DNA of 64,000 nucleotides, from positions 24,781 to 88,780 of the forward strand of contig JAQBHB010000082.1 in NCBI GenBank assembly GCA_032128115.1, given 5' to 3'. The notes beneath the pieces were generated by a model. The model saw only the letters and a list, made by a program, of their open reading frames with translations, did no database searches and was not told where the DNA came from. The first letter of the stretch is position 1. The number at the start of each line of letters is the position of its first letter. The position numbers were made by a program, and so were the translations under genes. This DNA comes from Deltaproteobacteria bacterium (lineage in GTDB: Bacteria > Myxococcota_A > UBA9160 > SMWR01). This document shows positions 50,306 to 59,267 of the stretch, piece after piece.

Positions 50306-50336
50306 CCGAGAGCGAGAGAATCTGACCGAGAGAATC
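50293..50336. repeat. Perfect 20-bp tandem duplication spanning the glnA-like stop codon
   Basis: cgagagaatctgaccgagag at 50293 and 50313, plus an overlapping partial third copy. Confidence 0.9.
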
Positions 50337-50357
50337 CGATCCCCCCGGGAAACGGGT

Positions 50358-50385
50358 TTGAGCTTCTCCCGGGATCGGCCGAAGA
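50358..50385 (+). promoter_or_regulatory. Putative sigma28/FliA-like promoter
   Basis: TTGAG-N15-GCCGAAGA just upstream of ATG 50398. Confidence 0.35.
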
Positions 50386-50397
50386 GCCGGGGCGGAG

Positions 50398-51648
50398 ATG
50401 CGCGTTTTGCGCAGGCCTCCGGGAGCACCGGTGCAGCCTCCTCCCCGCAATCTGACGGTCTTGTACGCGGACGCCGAGGCGTTCCGGGAGGAGTACGCCG
50501 CGAGCCTGGTCCACGGCGGCGTCTTCGTTGCCACGGCCGAGGACTTCGACCTGCGCGAGGGGGTGCGGGTGAAGCTCGTGCTCCACTTCTGTGGCGACTC
50601 GGTGGAGCTGCTGAGCGAAGTGGTCCACGTGGTGACGCCCGAGATGGCCGCCCTGGGTGCAGAGCCGGGTGTCGGCGTGCAGTTCCAGGGCCTGATGCAC
50701 GATTTACGTGCGCACCTGGAGCCGCTGGCGCGCACCTGCGGCCTCCACCAGTTCAAGCCCACCGATCCGGGTCGGCGCGCGTCACCCCGGGTGAAGTGCC
50801 GCGTTCCCGCGCAGCTCGAATGCGAGGGCGAAGGTCCCATCGATGGCCACACCCTCGACATCAGTGTGACCGGCGCGTTGATCGCCGTGCCGGGGGCCGG
50901 ACCGCCGGTGGGCAGCTACGCGTCGCTGGTGATCGAGAATCCGGCCGCGGACGAGCGCCTGGCCGTGAACGGAACCGTGGTGCGCCAGGTGCAGCGCAAC
51001 GGCGTGGTGTCGGCCCTGGGCATCCATTTCGATCCCAGCGGCGACCAGCGCGGCGAGGTGGAAGACTTCATCGAGGTGATCCAGAGCGCCGAGCACTCGC
51101 GGCGCCTGGGCGGCATCAGCGGATCCATTGCCGAACTCGGTCCCCAGAATCTGTTGGAGATGTTCGGGAAGACGTCGCCGGCGGGAACCCTCACCCTGCG
51201 CCTTGGCCCGACCGAGGGCGTGATCGGCTTCGAGAACCGGTTGCTGCGCTACGCGCGCATCGGGTCCGCGTCGGGCATCAAGGCCCTGGTGCGCATGCTC
51301 TCGTGGCAAGACGGGGAATTCGAGTTCCACGCGCGTCTGGACGCCGTGGACTTCCACGAGGCTCCGCTGCCCATGGATGCCGCCCTGATGGAAGCGGTGC
51401 GCCAGATCGACGAGCTGGGACGGATCGACCGGAGCGCCTTCGCGCCGGACGCGCGGGTGCACCTGCACGATCCCGAGACCCTGGCCGGCCTCCGCCCGGG
51501 CAAACTCGAGCAGGCGGTGCTCGACCTGGCGCGAGCGGGCTTCAGCGTCCAACGCATCCTGGACGTGATTCCCGAGCCAGACACCGAGATCTACCGCGCC
51601 CTGGAGGGGCTCTTCGCCGAGGGCGTGATCCGACTCGAGATTGTTTGA
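50398..51648 (+). CDS. Tandem PilZ + PilZ + DUF4388 (PatA-N-like) protein
   Basis: First domain GGVFVAT...GVGVQF; second RRASPR...DISVTGA...LGIHF; then ISGSIAELGPQNLL...GTLTL...LSWQDGEFEF...LMEAVRQIDE. Confidence 0.78.
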   Translation: MRVLRRPPGAPVQPPPRNLTVLYADAEAFREEYAASLVHGGVFVATAEDFDLREGVRVKLVLHFCGDSVELLSEVVHVVTPEMAALGAEPGVGVQFQGLMHDLRAHLEPLARTCGLHQFKPTDPGRRASPRVKCRVPAQLECEGEGPIDGHTLDISVTGALIAVPGAGPPVGSYASLVIENPAADERLAVNGTVVRQVQRNGVVSALGIHFDPSGDQRGEVEDFIEVIQSAEHSRRLGGISGSIAELGPQNLLEMFGKTSPAGTLTLRLGPTEGVIGFENRLLRYARIGSASGIKALVRMLSWQDGEFEFHARLDAVDFHEAPLPMDAALMEAVRQIDELGRIDRSAFAPDARVHLHDPETLAGLRPGKLEQAVLDLARAGFSVQRILDVIPEPDTEIYRALEGLFAEGVIRLEIV

Positions 51649-51689
51649 CTGCGCTCGCCTGCGGCTCGCTGCGCGGCCTTCGGCCTTGC
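51649..51689 (-). repeat. Single inverted copy of the REP-like hairpin element
   Basis: Reverse complement gcaaggccgaaggccgcgcagcgagccgcaggcgagcgcag matches the 52-bp array unit with a shortened first stem. Confidence 0.85.
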
Positions 51690-51746
51690 TTCAAACTCCA
51701 AACTCGTCGTAGGCGAAGTCGCGACGGTGAACTACGCTCCGGCCCC

Positions 51747-52694
51747 GTGACGACCGGCGGCACGGGAAGGCTGAAGGGGCGCACTGCCCTAATCACGGGC
51801 GGGGCGAGTGGCATCGGGCGCAGGGCGGCTGTGCTCTTCGCGTCCGAGGGCGCGAGCGTGCTGGTGGCCGACCGCGATCGTGAGGCGGGTCAGGAGACCG
51901 TCGACGCCATCGAGGCCGACGGCGGCCACGCCCACTTCGCAGCCACCGATGTGGCCGTGGCGGCGCAGGTGGAGGCGGCTGTGGCCAGCGCCGAACGCGT
52001 CTACGGATCCCTCCACGTGATCTTCAACAACGCGGGCATCTTCCCCAGCGGCGACGGGCTCCCGGTGGAGACTTCCGAAGAGGTCTGGGACCGGGTGATG
52101 GAAGTGAATCTCAAGGGCGTGTTCCTGGGCTGCAAGTACGGGATTCCCGCACTGCTGCGCGCCGGGGGCGGCGCCATCGTGAATACGGCCTCGTTCGTGG
52201 CAGTGATGGGCGCCGCCACGGCGCAGATCGCCTACACCGCCAGCAAGGGTGGCGTGCTGGCGATGACCCGCGAGATCGCGGTGGCGTATGCGCGCCAGGG
52301 CATTCGCGCCAACGCCCTGTGTCCGGGCCCGGTGAATACGCCCCTGCTTGCCGAGTTGCTTGCGGATCCCGCGGCACGAGCCCGGCGCCTGGCGCACGTG
52401 CCCATGGGCCGTCTGGCCGAGGCCGACGAGGTGGCGCGCGCGGCCCTGTTCCTGGCCTCGGATGACGCCGCCTACGTGAACGGAACCACCTTCCTGGTGG
52501 ACGGCGGCATCACCGCCGCCTACGTCACGCCGGAATCGAGCACGCGGGCCGACGGCCCGCGCGCAGCGAGCCGAAGGCGAGCGCAGTTGGCGCAAGCGGG
52601 CCGAAGGCCCGCGTGCAGCGAGCCGCAGGCGAGCGCAGCTAGAGCAAGCGGGCCGAAGGCCCGCGCGCAGCGAGCCGCAGGCGAGCGCAGCTAG
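51747..52694 (+). CDS. Short-chain dehydrogenase/reductase; C-terminus reads through into the repeat array
   Basis: TGGASGIG, NNAG, YTASKG, CPGPVNTP, VDGG..AYVTPE, then about 50 repeat-encoded residues. Confidence 0.9.
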   Translation: MTTGGTGRLKGRTALITGGASGIGRRAAVLFASEGASVLVADRDREAGQETVDAIEADGGHAHFAATDVAVAAQVEAAVASAERVYGSLHVIFNNAGIFPSGDGLPVETSEEVWDRVMEVNLKGVFLGCKYGIPALLRAGGGAIVNTASFVAVMGAATAQIAYTASKGGVLAMTREIAVAYARQGIRANALCPGPVNTPLLAELLADPAARARRLAHVPMGRLAEADEVARAALFLASDDAAYVNGTTFLVDGGITAAYVTPESSTRADGPRAASRRRAQLAQAGRRPACSEPQASAARASGPKARAQRAAGERS

Positions 52695-52825
52695 AGCAAG
52701 CGGGCCGAAGGCCCGCGCGCAGCAAGCCGCAGGCGAGCGCAGCTAGAGCAAGCGGGCCGAAGGCCCGCGCGCAGCGAGCCGAAGGCGAGCGCAGCTAGAG
52801 CAAGCGGGCCGAAGGCCCGCGCAGC
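52540..52825 (+). repeat. REP-like tandem array, 52-bp unit, about 5.5 copies
   Basis: Units start at 52540, 52592, 52644, 52696, 52748 and 52800: gcaagcgggccgaaggcccgcgcgcagcgagccgcaggcgagcgcagctaga, with two hairpins per unit. Confidence 0.95.
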
Positions 52826-52831
52826 CGCGAT

Positions 52832-54646
52832 TCACGATTCGCCGGGCGCCTGCTCCGGCTTCGCCACCTCGCGGCGTTCCAGGCGCCCCGCGCGGTAGAA
52901 GCTGCGCAGGTCGACTTGCCCGTCGCCGTCCAGGTCTTCCTCGCGCTCGCGCAGCTGGCCGTCGCCGTCGAAGTGATCCACCCGGTCGAGCCGGCCGTCG
53001 TTCGTGGTGTCGCGCGATTCGCTGGCAAGGCTTCCGTCCGCATACCGGAACACGCGCTCGGGATGTCCGCTGCCGCGGGAATCGAATTCGATGCGCACGA
53101 GGGGGTCGCCGCCCGGTGCGAACACCAGTCGCAGGTCCGGGCGTCCGCGGCCGCCGGAGTCCTCCCAGACCTCGCGCCTCGATCCGCCCCGATACAGGAT
53201 CCAGCGATCCGGCAGCCCATCGCCGTTGGTGTCTTCCTCGCGCAGGAGCGGCGCCGTGCCGCCCGCGGCGAAGTAGTAGCGGGCCAGCGCGGCACCGTCG
53301 GGCGCATAGGCGGCGCGAGCCTCCACGGGGCCGCCCGCGCGGCTCCGCGCCGTCGTGGGCCCGAAGGCTTCCGGGTCTTGAATGTCCACCGGCCGCAGCC
53401 GGTCGAGGATCGGACCCGACGGCGGCCTGCGGTCCTCGTCGAGCACCGCCAGGGCGGCCAGGAGATCGTCGCCGAGCCGCCGCTCTTCCCGCAGGCGCGC
53501 CTCGGCAGCCCGCCGCTGCGCCGGGGTCGGGCGCGCGTCGAGCTGACCCGGAGGGCCCAGGGTCCCGGCGGGTCCGGGGCCCGGCGCGGTCACGGCCTGC
53601 AACAGGTCCAGGCTGGCATCCACCTCGGCCAGATAGGCGCGGACGTCCGGGTCGTGGGGGTCGATGTGCGCGGCCCGGCGGAACGCCAGGTCGGCGCCCA
53701 GGAGGTCACCCTGGGCCAGCCGGGCCCGGCCGCTCTCGATTTCCGCCGCCACGCCCCGCGCGATGTCCGGAAACAGGGCGTGCACCCCGGCCGACGTCCA
53801 GATGCCCTTGCTCGGGAGCGTCGCGCTCGAAGCCAGGGCGGAGGCCACGTCGGGCAGCGCAAACACCTGTTCGAGGGCGCGCGCGGTGGCCTCGCGCTCA
53901 CAGGTGGGACCCGCCGGCGGATCCTCCACCACCTGGCGCACGATCCCCGGTCCCGCGGTGGGGATCCCCGGTCCCGCGGCTCCGGCCCGAAGCCACACCA
54001 GCGCGAAGGCGCCGTCCTTCAGGGTCTCGCCGCACCAGGACCGCTCAGCCCGCAGCGAAAGCGCCACCCGCGGCTTCCTCGCCGCCAGCCAGCGGTGCGC
54101 CAGGGCCACCCGATCGAGGCTGGCGTGCACCACGCTGGCGCCGGGCAGGCGCACCCGCAGGCGATCCTCGAGGACCCGGGCCACCTGGCCCTCTGGCCAG
54201 TTCGCGGCGGTGCGTTCCGGGTGTTCGTCGCTCGGGCCGGGGCTCACCAGGATCACGAGCACATCGCTCGCGTCGGCCCGCAGCGGTGTATCCGGGGGCG
54301 GGGGCAGGGGAGGGGCGAGCGCGTCGGCACGCGCCCGGTGCCCGGCCGCCTCTTCCAGGCGTCCGTCCTCCGCCAACAGGCGCGCCAGCATCCGGTGCAG
54401 GGCGGCGGCGTCCGGATCGATCGCGAGACCCCGGCGCAGGGCGCCTTCTGCGGCTTCGCCGCGCCCCTGGGCGCGAAAGGCCCGGGCGTCCTCCAGGCGT
54501 CGTCGAAGCATGCGCGCGGTCTCGGCGTCGTGGGAAACGGTTTCCGCGGTCTCGCCCGCGCCAACTGCGAATCGCGCGCTGGCCACGCCGAAGATTGCCA
54601 GGGCGAGGGCGCTACCGCGTCGGAAGCCGGGACCGGTCATGGCCAT
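52832..54646 (-). CDS. Exported TPR protein with C-terminal DxxGDGxxD (Ca-binding-like) beta repeats
   Basis: Signal-like N-terminus, two TPR-like regions, repeats EDTNGDGLPDRW, EDSGGRGRPD, DSRGSGHPE, DTTNDGRLDR, EDLDGDGQVD. Confidence 0.7.
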   Translation of the reverse strand: MAMTGPGFRRGSALALAIFGVASARFAVGAGETAETVSHDAETARMLRRRLEDARAFRAQGRGEAAEGALRRGLAIDPDAAALHRMLARLLAEDGRLEEAAGHRARADALAPPLPPPPDTPLRADASDVLVILVSPGPSDEHPERTAANWPEGQVARVLEDRLRVRLPGASVVHASLDRVALAHRWLAARKPRVALSLRAERSWCGETLKDGAFALVWLRAGAAGPGIPTAGPGIVRQVVEDPPAGPTCEREATARALEQVFALPDVASALASSATLPSKGIWTSAGVHALFPDIARGVAAEIESGRARLAQGDLLGADLAFRRAAHIDPHDPDVRAYLAEVDASLDLLQAVTAPGPGPAGTLGPPGQLDARPTPAQRRAAEARLREERRLGDDLLAALAVLDEDRRPPSGPILDRLRPVDIQDPEAFGPTTARSRAGGPVEARAAYAPDGAALARYYFAAGGTAPLLREEDTNGDGLPDRWILYRGGSRREVWEDSGGRGRPDLRLVFAPGGDPLVRIEFDSRGSGHPERVFRYADGSLASESRDTTNDGRLDRVDHFDGDGQLREREEDLDGDGQVDLRSFYRAGRLERREVAKPEQAPGES

Positions 54647-54700
54647 TCCATGAGGCCCGTCGGCAATCGGCGCGTCAAGCGCGGATCGCAAGCGCACGGG

Positions 54701-56308
54701 TCATCGCAGGCGCAGCAACGTGTCGCGGCGGAAGCTCTCGTCGTCGCGGTCCGGGTGGTCGGCGTTGTAGTGGAGGCCGCGACTCTCGTGGCGCAGCTCA
54801 GCGCAGCGGATCACCAGCTCGGCCACGGTGGCCAGATTGCGCAACTCCACCAGGTTGGGGGTCAGGCGGAAGTCCCAGTAGTACTCGCGGATCTCGTCAA
54901 GCAGCAGGCGGATGCGCGCCCGGGCCCGGGTCAGGCGCTGGTCGCTGCGCACGATGCCCACGTAGTTCCACATGAAGCGCCGGATCTCGTCCCAGTTCTG
55001 GGTGATCACCACCGCCTCGTCGCTCTCGGTCGCGGCTCCCTCCTCCCAGGGGGGGATCTCGACACGGGGTGAAGCCGGCTCGCGCAGTCGCTCGGCCGTG
55101 GCAATGGCGGCGGCGTCCGCGAACACCAGCGCCTCCAGCAGCGAATTCGAGGCCAGGCGGTTGGCGCCGTGGAGCCCCGTGCAGGTGACCTCTCCCGCCG
55201 CGAATAGATTGTGCACGTCGGTTTCGCCGTGGAGATCCGTGCGCACCCCGCCGCAGTAGTAGTGCGCCGCCGGAACCACCGGAATCGGCTCGCGGGTCAT
55301 GTCGATGCCGAACGCGCGGCAGCGGGCGTCGATGTTGGGAAACCGCTCGCGCAGGAATGCGGGCTCGCGGTGGGTGATGTCCAGCACCACCCACTCATTG
55401 CCGGAGCGCTTGAGCTCGCTGTCGATGGCCCGGGCCACCACGTCTCGGGGCGCCAGGTCCTCGAGCTCGTGGTAGCGGGCCATGAAGGCCTCGCCGTCCT
55501 GGTTGCGCAGGATCCCCCCCTCGCCCCGAACCGCCTCGCTGATCAGGGCCGACTTGGCCTGGGGGTGGAACAGGCAGGTGGGGTGGAACTGCACGAACTC
55601 CATGTTCGCAAGCGTCGCTCCGGCCCGGTACGCCATGGCCATGCCATCACCCGACGCGATGTCCGGGTTGCTGGTGTAGAGGTAGACCTTGCCGGCACCG
55701 CCTGTGGCCAGCAGGGTCACGCGCGCCTCGATGCGCTCGACCTGTCCCGACTCGGTGAGCACGTAGGCGCCAAGCACCCGATCCGGCCCCGGGGCCCCGA
55801 GCTTGGCGCTGGCGAGCAGGTCCACCCCGCAGTCGTTCTCGAACAGGGAGATGTTGGGATGCGAGCGAACCCGGCGCAGCAACGCGGTTTCGATCTCGCG
55901 GCCGGTGGCGTCCGCGTGGTGCAGGATCCGGCGGTGGCTGTGGCCGCCCTCCCGGCCCAGGTCGAACTCGGCGCTGCCCGGGGCCGCCCCGCGCGGCCGG
56001 TCGAAGTCGGCGCCGAGCTTGCCCAGGGCCTCGATCATGCGGGGGCCCCGCTCGACCACATGCTTCACCACGTTCTCGTGACACAGGCCGGCGCCGGCGG
56101 TGAGGGTGTCGCGGACGTGATTCTCGAAGGAGTCGTCGTCCGAGAGCACGGCGGCGATCCCGCCCTGGGCCCAGTTCGTGGCGGAATCGGCCCCGCGCTT
56201 CTTGGTGATGATGGCTACCGAGCCGTGCTCGGCGACCCGCAGGGCATAGAACAGGCCCGCGATTCCGCTGCCGATCACGAGCACGTCGAACGAGGGGCGA
56301 TCGGACAA
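54701..56308 (-). CDS. nadB: L-aspartate oxidase
   Basis: [64 protein letters not shown] 56308 follows AGGAG. Confidence 0.95.
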   Translation of the reverse strand: MSDRPSFDVLVIGSGIAGLFYALRVAEHGSVAIITKKRGADSATNWAQGGIAAVLSDDDSFENHVRDTLTAGAGLCHENVVKHVVERGPRMIEALGKLGADFDRPRGAAPGSAEFDLGREGGHSHRRILHHADATGREIETALLRRVRSHPNISLFENDCGVDLLASAKLGAPGPDRVLGAYVLTESGQVERIEARVTLLATGGAGKVYLYTSNPDIASGDGMAMAYRAGATLANMEFVQFHPTCLFHPQAKSALISEAVRGEGGILRNQDGEAFMARYHELEDLAPRDVVARAIDSELKRSGNEWVVLDITHREPAFLRERFPNIDARCRAFGIDMTREPIPVVPAAHYYCGGVRTDLHGETDVHNLFAAGEVTCTGLHGANRLASNSLLEALVFADAAAIATAERLREPASPRVEIPPWEEGAATESDEAVVITQNWDEIRRFMWNYVGIVRSDQRLTRARARIRLLLDEIREYYWDFRLTPNLVELRNLATVAELVIRCAELRHESRGLHYNADHPDRDDESFRRDTLLRLR

Positions 56309-56409
56309 CTCGTTCTCCTGGCCTTCCGGGCAGGCTAGCACCGGCGCCGGGCCGGGCCGGCGGTCTCGGAACCGGGTTATTCGAGATGGGCCATAATCAC
56401 TACGTACCC

Positions 56410-56437
56410 TAAGGGTCGCATCCGGCCACTCCGATAA
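56410..56437 (+). promoter_or_regulatory. Putative sigma28/FliA-like promoter
   Basis: TAAGG-N15-TCCGATAA upstream of the lytic transglycosylase gene. Confidence 0.45.
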
Positions 56438-56507
56438 GGAAGTGTCGAATCTCGCAGTTTATCCCCCGCGGGGATTCTGTTCGAAGCTGGAAGAGGAGTC
56501 GATCGGC

Positions 56508-57125
56508 GTGAATTCGGGACCCAGAGCGATTCCGCGGCTCGTGGTGGCCGCTGGCTGCCTGCTGGCGGCGGCGCTCGCCTCCCCGGCTTCCGCGGGCGCC
56601 GGCGCGGCGATCTACACCTTCGTGGACGCCAATGGCGTCACCCACTACACCAACGCTCCCCACGATGCGCGCTACGTGCCCCTGGCAGTGCCTGCGTCCA
56701 GGATCCAGTCGTTCGAGCAGGCGCCGGCGCGCTGGGAATACGACGGGCTGATCGGCGTCACGGCCCGGGCCCACAAGGTGCCCCCGGCCCTGGTCAAGGC
56801 GGTAATTGCGGCCGAATCGGACTTCGACCCCAGTGCCGTGTCCCGCAAGGGCGCCCAGGGCCTGATGCAGCTGATGCCCGGGACGGCGGCCTCCCTGGGG
56901 GTGAACGACCCCCTGCGGGCCGAAGAGAACGTGGACGGGGGGGTGCGCTACCTGCGCGACATGATGGACCGCTTCGGCGACCTGCCCCGGGCCCTGGCGG
57001 CCTACAACGCGGGCCCGGCGGCCGTGAACCATTATGGCGGGGTGCCCCCGTATCGGGAGACCCGGGATTACGTGAACCGGGTGATGAACTATTATCGCGC
57101 GTACCATGGCGATTTCCGCCGATGA
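56508..57125 (+). CDS. Lytic transglycosylase (DUF4124-like N-terminus + SLT domain)
   Basis: Signal peptide, IYTFVDANGVTHYTN, AVIAAES, GAQGLMQLMP, ALAAYNAG, ETRDYV. Confidence 0.9.
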   Translation: MNSGPRAIPRLVVAAGCLLAAALASPASAGAGAAIYTFVDANGVTHYTNAPHDARYVPLAVPASRIQSFEQAPARWEYDGLIGVTARAHKVPPALVKAVIAAESDFDPSAVSRKGAQGLMQLMPGTAASLGVNDPLRAEENVDGGVRYLRDMMDRFGDLPRALAAYNAGPAAVNHYGGVPPYRETRDYVNRVMNYYRAYHGDFRR

Positions 57126-57738
57126 AGGCGCCGTCGCGTCGCCGCCGGCGGCGCGCCAGAGCCTCCACGAGCAGTTCTGGAACCCCCCCAATACCATCAC
57201 GGTGCTGCGCACGGCCGTGGTGCCGGTGCTGGTGGTGCTCCCCATGTTCAGGGGGGAGATGGGAAGCGCCGTCATCGCCTGGTGCTTCGTGGTGGCGGCG
57301 GCGACCGACATCCTGGACGGCTGGCTCGCCCGACGGGGTCAACAGGTGACCCACATCGGCAAGCTTCTCGACCCCCTGGCCGACAAGCTGCTGGTGGCCA
57401 CGGCCCTGATCGTGTTGCTGGCCATGGGGCGGATCCCCGACTGGGCCACCTGGATGGTGGTGGTGATCGTCGGGCGCGAGCTGGCCGTGACGGGCCTGCG
57501 GAGCATCGCCTCGGTGGGCGGAACGGTGATGGCGGCTTCGTGGCTCGGCAAGACCAAGGCCGTGGCCCAGAACATCGCCATCGTCGCCCTCATCTTCGAC
57601 TATGAAACCTTCGGGCTTCCGGCCCATGACATCGGGATCGCAATGCTGACGGTGGCAACCCTTTTGACCCTGGCTTCCGGCTATCTCTATTTCGCCGAGT
57701 ACTTCCGCGGCCTGTCCGCTCGATCGGGGGACGCATGA
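57106..57738 (+). CDS. pgsA: CDP-diacylglycerol--glycerol-3-phosphate phosphatidyltransferase
   Basis: PNTITVLR, TDILDGWLAR...GKLLDPLADK, GRELAVTGLR, GKTK. Confidence 0.92.
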   Translation: MAISADEGAVASPPAARQSLHEQFWNPPNTITVLRTAVVPVLVVLPMFRGEMGSAVIAWCFVVAAATDILDGWLARRGQQVTHIGKLLDPLADKLLVATALIVLLAMGRIPDWATWMVVVIVGRELAVTGLRSIASVGGTVMAASWLGKTKAVAQNIAIVALIFDYETFGLPAHDIGIAMLTVATLLTLASGYLYFAEYFRGLSARSGDA

Positions 57739-59052
57739 GTCGCCTGCAGGAGTTGGGAGCGCGCATCGACGCGCGCGAGGCCCGGATCGGGGTGGTGGGC
57801 CTGGGCTACGTGGGCCTGCCCCTGGCGATCGAGTTCGCCAAGGTGGGTTTCCCGGTCACGGGCTTCGACGTGGATGGCACCAAGGTGGAGTCGGTGCAGG
57901 AAGGCACCTCCTACATCGAAGACGTGCCCACTGAAGAGCTGGCACGCATGCGCTCCGAAGGCAGGCTCGACGCCACCACCGACCTGCGCAAGTTGGGCGG
58001 CTGTGACGTGATCAACGTGTGCGTGCCCACGCCGCTCACGAAGTCGCGCGACCCCCGATGTTTCGCACCTGGCCAAGGCGCTCGAGGACATCCGGAAGGT
58101 CCTGCGCAGCGGCCAGCTGGTGATCCTGGGCAGCACCACCTATCCGGGAACTACCCACGATCTGCTCATGCCCATGCTCGAGTCGTCCGGCCTGCGGGTG
58201 GGGAACGACTTCTCGCTGGCATTCGCGCCCGAGCGCATCGACCCGGGCAACAGGCAGTTCCTGCTGCGCCAGGTGCCCAAGGTGGTTGGCGGCGAGACGC
58301 CACTCTGCGCCGAGCTGGCAGCCCGGGTGTTCGGCACGATCTTCGACGAGGTGGTCACGGTTTCCTCCAGCCAGGCCGCCGAGATGGTGAAGCTGCTGGA
58401 GAACACCTTCCGGGCCATCAACATCGGCCTGGCCAACGAGGTGGCCCTGATGGCCGATCGCCTCGGCCTCGACGTCTGGGAGGTGATCGAGGCCGCGGCC
58501 ACCAAGCCCTACGGCTTCATGAAGTTCCTGCCGGGGCCGGGCCTGGGGGGACACTGCATTCCCGTCGATCCCACCTATCTGGCCTGGAAGATGAAGTCCC
58601 TGAACTTCCCGGCCCGCTTCATCGAACTCGCCACCGAGATCAACGGCCACATGCCCGAGCACGTGGCCGACAAGGTCCAGGATCTGCTCAACGTGGACCG
58701 GATTGCCGTGAACGGGGCCAAGATCCTGGTGCTGGGGGCGGCGTACAAGCCCAATGTCTCGGACATGCGCGAATCGCCGGCCCTGGACGTGGTTCGGCTG
58801 CTCGCCGCCAAGGGGGGCGAGATCCGGATCCACGATCCCCACGTGCCCGAGTTCCAGCTCGACGATGGCACCACCTACAAGAGCGAGGACCTCACGGACG
58901 ACCTGCTGGAGAACACCGACATTGCGGTGATCATCACGGACCACGCCGCCGTGGACTACGCCCGCGTGGTGGAAAAGGCCCCCCGGGTCTTCGACACCCG
59001 GAACGCCACGCGGAACGTCACCGGCGGCCGCGAGAAGATCCACAAGCTATGA
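57735..59052 (+). pseudogene. UDP-sugar (UDP-GlcNAc/ManNAc) 6-dehydrogenase, frameshifted as given
   Basis: GLGYVGLPLA...CVPTP...RDP in one frame; after an extra C in the C5 run at 58052-58056 the protein continues DVSHL...STTYPG, PERIDPG, KLLENTFR, GGHCIPVDP, YKPNVSDMRESP. May be a sequencing error. Confidence 0.8.
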
Positions 59053-59062
59053 TTCCGCCGCC

Positions 59063-59137
<75 letters not shown>

Positions 59138-59143
59138 GATGAT

Positions 59144-59187
59144 CATCAACCCCGTCAGGCGTTCGGCTTGGCGGGGTTGATGCGTTT
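59144..59187 (+). terminator. Hairpin after tRNA-Gly, possibly a bidirectional terminator
   Basis: catcaaccccg pairs with cggggttgatg; lies between convergent transcription units; weak U-tract. Confidence 0.55.
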
Positions 59188-59267
59188 GGGGCTTCCCCGC
59201 TATCTGGTTGCGTACCGTCCAAAGCGGGACAACACCACAGGGCGGCGTCTCGGGTGCTGCCCCTTCA

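Noticed and set aside
50280..52694. 804-aa ORF as a novel SDR fusion
   Set aside because: The upstream part is an off-frame shadow of the PilZ-DUF4388 gene; SDR motifs begin only after about 51747.
52540..52825. Possible CRISPR array
   Set aside because: Units are contiguous and nearly identical, with no unique spacers, and no cas genes are in the window.
54664..54691. Sixth sigma28-like promoter (TTGCG-N15-GCCGATTG, minus strand)
   Set aside because: The -35 match is poor and the gene could be read through from nadB; not counted.
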